DNA from: Akkermansia sp.
GTDB lineage: Bacteria > Verrucomicrobiota > Verrucomicrobiia > Verrucomicrobiales > Akkermansiaceae
Assembly: GCA_045125705.1 (NCBI GenBank)
Contig: JBGVNQ010000020.1
Span: forward strand, 3,783 to 67,782
Length of the DNA: 64,000 nucleotides
Direction: 5' to 3'
This document shows, in pieces, positions 25,802 to 32,578 of the stretch. The position numbers were made by a program, and so were the translations under genes. The first letter of the stretch is position 1, and each line of letters starts with the position of its first letter. The notes under the pieces were generated by a model. It saw only the letters and a list, made by a program, of their open reading frames with translations, was not told the origin of the DNA and made no database searches.

Positions 25802-26863
25802 ATGTCTCCCACTGAACAACGGCTATTTTCCGCCTCTCAAATAGCTAAGGCTGGAAGCATTTTGCGCGACACCTCATCAACTGCGGATAAGGTGGGGTGG
25901 GCGTTCGGGATGCTGGATAACTTCCGCGCGCTGCACGTGGAGCCGCTGAATGTATTCCAGAACACGCTGAGAGCCCGTCTGAAGAAGCTAGGGCTGAGTG
26001 ATGCGATTGTGGCGCAGCGTATTAAGCGAAAGCCGACTATTCTGGAGAAGCTGCAGCGGTTCCGCTCGATGCGACTTGACCAGATGGATGATATTGGTGG
26101 GATTCGCGCGATTGTAAGCAGTATTGCGGAGCTGAAGGAGCTGCGAAAACTTTATACCGCAGGTTCGCACAAATTGCTGCATGAATTGCAGCGTGAGGAT
26201 GATTATATTGCCTCCCCCAAGGACTCCGGATACCGAGGTGTACATCTGGTTTTCCGTTACCAGACGAATAAGGAGGATAAGGCCGGGTACAATGGGCTGC
26301 GCATTGAAATGCAGCTGCGTACCCAGCTACAGCACACATGGGCTACCGCGGTGGAAACTTTTGAGGCTTTCATGGGCGAGAAGTTCAAATCCAGTCAGGG
26401 CGCACAGGAGTGGCTTGATTTCTTTGCCTTGGTGGCAAGTGCTTTCGCGCTCAAGGAAAAGCAGACTCCACTTCCCGCGCACAAGAATTTGACGAAGCAG
26501 GAACTTGCCCGCCGGATTAAGCAGCAGGCAAATGATTTGCAAGTGGGCCTCATGATGAAGAGTTTCTCGCTGGCTGCCAATAACCTGGCACCCAGCTACC
26601 GTCAGAAGGGCGGTCTGGCCCTGATGATTTTCGACAGTGTCACTAAGTCTGCCAATGTTACGGTTTACCCGAAAGATAAATACGAACAGGCATACGAAGC
26701 CTATGTCCGCGAAGAACAGCGCAGTAGCCAGGAAAGCACTCGCCAGGTTGTGCTGGTAAAGATGGATTCCATCCAGAAGCTGGAGAAGGCGTACCCCAAC
26801 TACTTTGCCCGGCTCAAGGATTTCCAGACGGAGTTGAAACACATCTTCGCGTGGTGCTCGTAA
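25802..26863 (+). CDS. Stand-alone RelA/SpoT-domain nucleotide pyrophosphokinase (small alarmone synthetase / toxSAS-like) with C-terminal extension
   Basis: Synthetase-fold motifs DDIGGIRAIV, DSGYRGVHLVFRY and IEMQLRTQLQHTWATAVE. There is no HD, TGS or ACT domain. Confidence 0.8.
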   Translation: MSPTEQRLFSASQIAKAGSILRDTSSTADKVGWAFGMLDNFRALHVEPLNVFQNTLRARLKKLGLSDAIVAQRIKRKPTILEKLQRFRSMRLDQMDDIGGIRAIVSSIAELKELRKLYTAGSHKLLHELQREDDYIASPKDSGYRGVHLVFRYQTNKEDKAGYNGLRIEMQLRTQLQHTWATAVETFEAFMGEKFKSSQGAQEWLDFFALVASAFALKEKQTPLPAHKNLTKQELARRIKQQANDLQVGLMMKSFSLAANNLAPSYRQKGGLALMIFDSVTKSANVTVYPKDKYEQAYEAYVREEQRSSQESTRQVVLVKMDSIQKLEKAYPNYFARLKDFQTELKHIFAWCS

Positions 26864-26919
26864 GTTGCTTTTCTTTTAGCAAAGACGAGGCTCTGCTGAT
26901 TATTTCTCTCATTTCCTGA

Positions 26920-26947
26920 TTGACTGAGGCTCTGAGTATGTTATAAT
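26920..26947 (+). promoter_or_regulatory. Strong sigma70-like promoter TTGACT-16-TGtTATAAT (extended -10)
   Basis: -35 at 26920-26925, TG at 26939-26940 and -10 at 26942-26947. The -10 overlaps the first ATG of the long ORF, which favours the ATG at 26964 as the true start. Confidence 0.5.
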
Positions 26948-26963
26948 GTGCGTTCATAGGGGT

Positions 26964-27197
26964 ATGAATAACCACCCCGGGTTAGAAACAGTGGACGACG
27001 ATATCATTTGCACAGAGAAAATCATTGCTGACCGCAAGACCTTTTTCATTGACCTGAAGAGCAACGCCCGTGGGCGTGTGGTGCGCATCACCGAAAAGGT
27101 AAGCTCGAACCGTGACCGCATCATGGTTCCTGCAGAAATCCTGGACGATTTCATTGCCGCGCTGGAGGATATCCGCCGCGCCAATAACGAGCATTGA
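26964..27197 (+). CDS. PUR-alpha-like (DUF3276-type) nucleic-acid-binding protein
   Basis: FFIDLKSNARGRVVRITEK...RDRIMVPAEILDDFIAALEDI fits a single PUR repeat (beta-sheet followed by a helix). Confidence 0.6.
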   Translation: MNNHPGLETVDDDIICTEKIIADRKTFFIDLKSNARGRVVRITEKVSSNRDRIMVPAEILDDFIAALEDIRRANNEH

Positions 27198-27347
27198 TGC
27201 AGCTCTTGCCGCCGCTGCGGCAAAATTATAGTTTGTTAGTAGGATTGACAGACTTTTGTCTGGACAACAGGATTGTATTGTGCTTTAATCTTGGCGAGAC
27301 TAGAGCACAGAGTCTGTAATTTTTCAATAACATTTAATGCACTGAAT

Positions 27348-28646
27348 ATGAGAAGAATCAAGGTTCTTAAATTGGGTTGGGAGTTTCCGCCGCTGATTAA
27401 CGGTGGGCTCGGAGTGGCGTGCATGGGTATTTCGCGGGCACTTTCGCAGAAGGTGGATCTGAATGTGATTGTGCCGAAGGCTGCCCCTGATGCCAGGTAT
27501 GATGGCTTTGAGCTGATGGGTGTGAACAACCTGAAGCACGAGCAGCTGGTGACGCAGGAGGCTGAGTACACCTACGAGAGCTTCTCCGTGGTGGGCAAGG
27601 CTCCTGTGAATCTGGATCCGTACGCCTGCGTGGAAGGGACGCCCGGAAATATCACCTTCACGAAGGAGGGCAAGCTGCTCTTCTCCCGTGTTCACGAGGC
27701 TGACCTTGAGCTGTTCACCGGCAAGGAGGACCTGTATGCCGGTGATCTGGCCCGCAAGGTGATTGAGTTCTCGAAAATCTGCGCGGTGATGGCACGCAAG
27801 TATGATTTCGATGTGGTACACGCGCACGACTGGATGACCTACCTGGCCGGTGTGGAGGTGAAGAAGGCCACAGGCAAGCCGCTGGTGGTGCATCTGCATG
27901 CCTCGCAGTTCGACCGCGCAGGTGCCGATGCCCGCGGCTGGATTTACGACATTGAGAAGTACGGCATGGAGCAGGCAGACGCCGTGATTCCCGTGTCCAA
28001 GTACACGGGCACGATTGCTGCCGGTCACTATGGCATTGACCCAGCTAAGATTTTCCCCGTGCACAATGGCGCTGACCCCGTGCATGTCTTCCACAGCAAG
28101 AAGAAGTTCCCCGAGAAGCTGGTGCTCTTCCTGGGCCGTCTCACGGCGCAGAAGGGGCCGGAGTTCTTCCTGGATATCGCCGCCAAGGTGCTGGAGCAGA
28201 CCGACAATGTGCGCTTCGTGATGGCCGGTACGGGTGAGAAGCTGCGCCAGCTGATTGAGACGGGCGCTTTCCACGGCGTGGGCGACAAGTTCCACTTCAC
28301 GGGCTTCCTGAACAAGCAGAAGGTGAACGAACTGCTCTCCATGACGGATGTGTACTGCATGCCGTCGGTTTCCGAGCCCTTCGGACTTTCCGCACTGGAG
28401 GCAGCCCAGTTCAACATTCCTGCCGTGATTTCGAAGCAGAGCGGCGTGGCCGAGGTGATGAAGGGCGCGCTGAAAGCTGACTTCTGGGATGTGAACATGA
28501 TGGCCAAGCACATCGTGGACCTGGTAACGGATGACGAGCTGTATAAGAAGGTGGCCGAGCAGAGTGCTCAGGACATCAAGAACTCGAACTGGGAAACCGC
28601 AGCCGACAAGATGATACGGGTGTACCACCACGTGCTCGGCTGGTAA
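27348..28646 (+). CDS. GT4-type glycosyltransferase, glycogen-synthase-like
   Basis: N-terminal EFPPLINGGLGVAC, and the C-terminal GT-B motif PSVSEPFGLSALEAAQ. It is paired with the GH57 gene. Start taken at the ATG at 27348. Confidence 0.7.
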   Translation: MRRIKVLKLGWEFPPLINGGLGVACMGISRALSQKVDLNVIVPKAAPDARYDGFELMGVNNLKHEQLVTQEAEYTYESFSVVGKAPVNLDPYACVEGTPGNITFTKEGKLLFSRVHEADLELFTGKEDLYAGDLARKVIEFSKICAVMARKYDFDVVHAHDWMTYLAGVEVKKATGKPLVVHLHASQFDRAGADARGWIYDIEKYGMEQADAVIPVSKYTGTIAAGHYGIDPAKIFPVHNGADPVHVFHSKKKFPEKLVLFLGRLTAQKGPEFFLDIAAKVLEQTDNVRFVMAGTGEKLRQLIETGAFHGVGDKFHFTGFLNKQKVNELLSMTDVYCMPSVSEPFGLSALEAAQFNIPAVISKQSGVAEVMKGALKADFWDVNMMAKHIVDLVTDDELYKKVAEQSAQDIKNSNWETAADKMIRVYHHVLGW

Positions 28647-28673
28647 TTCACGCATTAACTTTCTGATAAGGAT

Positions 28674-29858
28674 ATGAATATCACGCTCACTTTTCATGCG
28701 CACCAGCCGAACCGGTTGATACCGTATGATTTCTTCAAGATTGGCGAACATGCATTCTACGAGGACGACCTCCTCAACGGACGTGTGCTGAGCGCAGTGG
28801 CCGAGCGATGCTACCTGCCAGCCAATCGCATGATGAAGCAGCTCATCGAGCTTTCCGACGGCAAGTTCCGCTTTGCCCTCGCTATTTCCGGTGTGATTCT
28901 GGAGCAGGCCCGCTACCACCGCCCCGACCTCATTGCCTCCTTCCAGGAGCTGGCAGAGACGGGCTGTGTGGAGTTCCTGGCCATGCCGTACTACGCTTCG
29001 CTGGCTTCCCTGTACTCCACAGGCGAGTTCGCCGAGCAGGTGCAGGAGCACTGCGACCTGATTCAGGAGCTTTTCGGTCAGCGACCCACGGTGCTCTGGA
29101 ACACGGGTATGCTGTACTCGAATGCCATCGCTGCCCAGGCCTACGATATGGGCTTCGAAGGCATCATGGCCGATGGTAATGGCCGCATGATGAGCAACCG
29201 CAACACGAATGACCTGCAGTGTGCCCCGCTCATCGATAAGACCAAGACCCTGCTGCGCCACCGCCACCTCTCGAACGACCTGGCCAACCGCCGCACCGAC
29301 CCGAGCTGGAACGAATACCCGCTCTCGCCCTATACCTTTGTGGATTGGCTGAACGCCGAGCAGGGTCAGGTGGTGAATATCTCCATGGACTACGAGACGC
29401 TCGGCGAGCGCCAGCCTGATACCACAGGAGTGTTTGAGTTCTGGCGCACCATGATTACCGCCGCGCTGAATGCTGGCAACGAGTTCTACACCCCCGGTGA
29501 AGCGGTACGCGTGTTCCCGTCCACCGGCACACTGAACTGCCCGAATCCTGTGAGCTGCTCCACGTTCGGCACGACCACCCACTGGAACGGCAACGTGATG
29601 CAGCAGGAGGCCATCAAGAAGATTTACGATCTGGAATCTCCGGTGAAGGCCAGCGAGGACCGCGATATGATTCATGTGTGGCGCAAGCTGCAGAGCGCAG
29701 ACCACTTCCACTACATGGAGAAGAGCAACGGGTTCGCCCCCTACCCCTCGCCGTATGATGCGTACATCTACTACATGAACGCCCTGGCCGACCTGCAGGT
29801 GCGAGTGAAACAGGAAGCAGAGCTGATTCACAAGGCACACAAGGTGACCATGGCCTGA
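28674..29858 (+). CDS. GH57-family alpha-glucan-active enzyme
   Basis: N-terminal FHAHQPNR (GH57 region I), with family-like blocks throughout. Confidence 0.7.
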   Translation: MNITLTFHAHQPNRLIPYDFFKIGEHAFYEDDLLNGRVLSAVAERCYLPANRMMKQLIELSDGKFRFALAISGVILEQARYHRPDLIASFQELAETGCVEFLAMPYYASLASLYSTGEFAEQVQEHCDLIQELFGQRPTVLWNTGMLYSNAIAAQAYDMGFEGIMADGNGRMMSNRNTNDLQCAPLIDKTKTLLRHRHLSNDLANRRTDPSWNEYPLSPYTFVDWLNAEQGQVVNISMDYETLGERQPDTTGVFEFWRTMITAALNAGNEFYTPGEAVRVFPSTGTLNCPNPVSCSTFGTTTHWNGNVMQQEAIKKIYDLESPVKASEDRDMIHVWRKLQSADHFHYMEKSNGFAPYPSPYDAYIYYMNALADLQVRVKQEAELIHKAHKVTMA

Positions 29859-29880
29859 TTCCCATCAACCTCTCACAAAG

Positions 29881-29910
29881 CCCCTGCCCATCGGCAGGGG
29901 CGGTTTATTA
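29881..29910 (+). terminator. Rho-independent terminator after the GH57 gene
   Basis: CCCCTGCC-CATC-GGCAGGGG followed by CGGTTTATT. Confidence 0.6.
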
Positions 29911-29915
29911 CGAGC

Positions 29916-30917
29916 ATGAAAACCACATTGTGTCTGGCACTCGCGCTACTGGCTCAACCATTGCTGGCAGCTCCTCCCTTTGAGTGCTATTCCAACAACG
30001 TAGCCCCCTATACCGAACAGGCATGGGAGGCGGAAATTCCCTTGCTGCTGAACCGCGTGGAAACCACAGGCGATGCCAACCTGCGCTCCTCCTCCGGATT
30101 CACGGCACTGCAGGCTGCCTGCCGTGTGGGCAATGAAGCTCTGGTGAACAAACTTCTCGATATGGGGGCAGATGTGAACGCCCGCCCGAAGCATTGGCAG
30201 AAAATGGGGCCAATCGGCAGCTCGCCCCTGGGTATGCTCGTGGTTTTCATGGACGAAGAAAGTGCCGAGCGCCGTACCCGCATCGCAAAACGTCTGCTGG
30301 ATAAAGGAGCAGACCCGGATGCCCCCGTTGTAAGGGCTTGGGGCAACAAACCAGCCTTTGAACCTCCTTTTTCTCGTCTGACGGGGCACGACTGGAACAA
30401 TGCCATGCGTAAGCTCCTGCTCGAATACGGTGAACAGGATTTGAAAAAACGCACCATGGGCTGGAGAATTTCATGGATGTGGTGCTCCCGTGATACCGAA
30501 TTGGTAAAAAAGCTGCTGCATGGTGGCGTGGATCCGAATGCGCATGTCGGAGAAAAGAGCATGACGCTGATGCACTTCCTGCTCAGGCACAATCCGAATC
30601 CTGAGCTTATCCGACTGGCGCTGGAAAAAGGCTTCGATGTCACTCGCAAGGTCGGCAGAAACGGACGCGTGGCCAGCTACCTTTTCAATTTACCGGTCAG
30701 GCCGTCCTGGAACTTCTCCGGCAGGTACAAGCCGACGCCGGAGGAGCTCGCAGCCATTGCAACCATGCTGATAGAAGCAGGTTCTCCTCTGGATGTACTC
30801 AACGGCGAAGGTAATTCGCTGCGCATCTATTACGGCAGCATCGACACCCCGGAAGCACGAGCCGTAGGTAAGGTGCTGCGGGAGCATGGCGCCAAACTTC
30901 ACCCAGACGCCAGATGA
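29916..30917 (+). CDS. Secreted ankyrin-repeat protein
   Basis: Signal peptide MKTTLCLALALLAQPLLAA. Ankyrin repeats are visible (GFTALQAACRVGNEALVNKLLDMGADVNA, LLDKGADPDA, LLHGGVDPNA). Confidence 0.8.
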   Translation: MKTTLCLALALLAQPLLAAPPFECYSNNVAPYTEQAWEAEIPLLLNRVETTGDANLRSSSGFTALQAACRVGNEALVNKLLDMGADVNARPKHWQKMGPIGSSPLGMLVVFMDEESAERRTRIAKRLLDKGADPDAPVVRAWGNKPAFEPPFSRLTGHDWNNAMRKLLLEYGEQDLKKRTMGWRISWMWCSRDTELVKKLLHGGVDPNAHVGEKSMTLMHFLLRHNPNPELIRLALEKGFDVTRKVGRNGRVASYLFNLPVRPSWNFSGRYKPTPEELAAIATMLIEAGSPLDVLNGEGNSLRIYYGSIDTPEARAVGKVLREHGAKLHPDAR

Positions 30918-30936
30918 ATTTCAACTTCTGACCACG

Positions 30937-31515
30937 ATGCAAATCTCTCCCATCCACGCCCTGCTCCTTGCTCTTACGTTTCCCGTTCTGGCAGCAGAAC
31001 GCCTGCCGGATGCTGCGCGCAGGCAGATTGGGGTGACGGTGGATTATGACCCGAGCTATACAGCCATTCCCTACCCCGGCGGCGATGTGCCGATGGAGAC
31101 GGGCGTATGCTCCGATGTGACGGTGCGCGCCCTGCGCGTGCTTGGGCTGGATTTGCAGAAAGAAATGCACGAGGATATCAGGCGTAACTTCTCTGCCTAC
31201 CCGTGCCGAGGCATGTGGGGACAGCGCAAGCCGGACAGGAATATCGACCACCGCCGCGTGCCCAACCAGGAGGTATACTTCAAGCGGCGCGGCTGGGCAA
31301 AGCCCGTCACTAAGAATCCCGCAGACTACCTGCCCGGCGATATTGTGACCTGCCTGATTGGCGATAGCATCCCCCATGTGATGATTGTGAGCGACCGCAA
31401 ATCAGAAGTCGGCACTCCGCTCTGCTTCCACAATATCGGCATGGGCACAGAAGAAGAGGACTGCCTGTTCGATTTCACCATCACCGGGCATTTCCGCCCC
31501 GTACTCAGGAAGTGA
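30937..31515 (+). CDS. DUF1287-family secreted protein
   Basis: GVTVDYDPSYTAIPYPGGDVPMETGVCSDVTVRALR is typical of DUF1287. Start taken at the ATG at 30937, which gives a signal peptide. Confidence 0.65.
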   Translation: MQISPIHALLLALTFPVLAAERLPDAARRQIGVTVDYDPSYTAIPYPGGDVPMETGVCSDVTVRALRVLGLDLQKEMHEDIRRNFSAYPCRGMWGQRKPDRNIDHRRVPNQEVYFKRRGWAKPVTKNPADYLPGDIVTCLIGDSIPHVMIVSDRKSEVGTPLCFHNIGMGTEEEDCLFDFTITGHFRPVLRK

Positions 31516-31521
31516 TTAGCC

Positions 31522-32007
31522 ATGAAGAACCTACTGAGTTTTCTGCTTCTCTTTGTAACAATCCCTCAGCTTATGGCCAGTGTGGATTACGCACTCGTCG
31601 TTAAAGAGAGGGATGGTAAATTCTACAATCATCCCGAAGCGAAGGGCTATGACTTCCGCGCATGTCTGGAGGACTTCGACCTGCTGCATGATGGTAAGGA
31701 CTGCGAGGACTCTACCTTCGGCCCGAACATACGTCTGGTTGCGAAGATTGATGGAAAACCATACATTCTGGAAGTCGACGCGCAATATGGCGTATTTACC
31801 CTATATGCAGCCAAGCGTCAGCTGAAAGCTCCGAAGCTCGGAAGTAATTGGAGGGTTTCAAAGAAGATTCGGGAGTTCTTCCTCCCTGAGCTCTATGATT
31901 CCCTCCGCAAGGCCGGGCTGAATATCTACACCGGTGAGGAAATAAAGGCAATGACCAAGGAGGAGAGGATGAAAGTCATTTCCGGCAAAACCTCCCCCGT
32001 GAAGTGA
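31522..32007 (+). CDS. Secreted hypothetical protein
   Basis: Signal peptide MKNLLSFLLLFVTIPQLMA. No motif recognised. Confidence 0.5.
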   Translation: MKNLLSFLLLFVTIPQLMASVDYALVVKERDGKFYNHPEAKGYDFRACLEDFDLLHDGKDCEDSTFGPNIRLVAKIDGKPYILEVDAQYGVFTLYAAKRQLKAPKLGSNWRVSKKIREFFLPELYDSLRKAGLNIYTGEEIKAMTKEERMKVISGKTSPVK

Positions 32008-32530
32008 AGCCATACGAGAGGAAGCGACAGCCCTCTCTCCGTATATGGGCTAGGCCGCCCTGTTTTTATGGATAAGTCCATCCCCGACAAATCGGGAATT
32101 GGCGAAGCGATGGCGAGCGGAATTTCAGAGCCCACGAAAGTGGGCGACATAATCGTAGCGAAGGCCGTCAGGCCCTCGTTCTCAACAAAAATAAGACCCG
32201 AGCCCGCGTCTGCGGGCGGCATAATGCGTGGCCAAGAGGAATATCTCGGCAATGCAAATGACCGTTAATTCAATACCGATATACATTGAAATCGATACGG
32301 TTTCGTATTGCGACTCTTTATGCCGCCCGTTGAAACGGGCTCCTATATTTCTTTGATGTAATCGAGGGGTTACGCACGCCCCGCCTCAGCGGGGCGGCTC
32401 CACCCCATCGCTACGATTATACCGCCCTTCGGGCTCAAAATTCCGCAGGCTGTGCCTGCTCGACAAACTCGGATTTCTCTCTGCTGCTAAATTATACAAA
32501 TGAGTACACTTTCGCTGCCCTGATTTTACC

Positions 32531-32558
32531 TTGTCTCGCCGGGGCAATATGTTATAAT
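32531..32558 (+). promoter_or_regulatory. sigma70-like promoter candidate TTGTCT-16-TATAAT
   Basis: The -10 at 32553-32558 ends 20 nt before the GH84 ATG at 32579. Confidence 0.4.
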
Positions 32559-32578
32559 GCCTGGAAATCTCTCCTTTT

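Noticed and set aside
25802-27197. RelA/SpoT gene plus PUR-like gene as a two-gene toxin-antitoxin operon
   Set aside because: The PUR-like ORF has its own near-consensus promoter (26920-26947) whose -10 overlaps the upstream ATG. The 80-nt spacer argues against translational coupling. Linkage may still be worth testing statistically.
27324-29840. 838-aa ORF antisense across the glycosyltransferase and GH57 genes
   Set aside because: It spans two real genes and their spacer on the opposite strand. It has no motifs and is a compositional artefact.
32068-32268. 66-aa ORF (and the 108-aa ORF at 31926-32252 on the opposite strand) in the same region
   Set aside because: There is no motif, no promoter or RBS context, and the two ORFs overlap each other. 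They are more likely non-coding.
32040-32410. tmRNA / RNase P RNA hypothesis for the hairpin-rich ORF-free region
   Set aside because: GGCTCCACCCCA and AGTCGCAA-like strings looked tmRNA-like. However, there is no T-arm (no 5-bp stem with a TTCNANT loop) next to the putative acceptor end. There is no complementary 5' GGGG strand. Candidate tag frames do not end in a hydrophobic ...LAA-type tag. No GGAAAGTCCGGGC-type RNase P core is present either.
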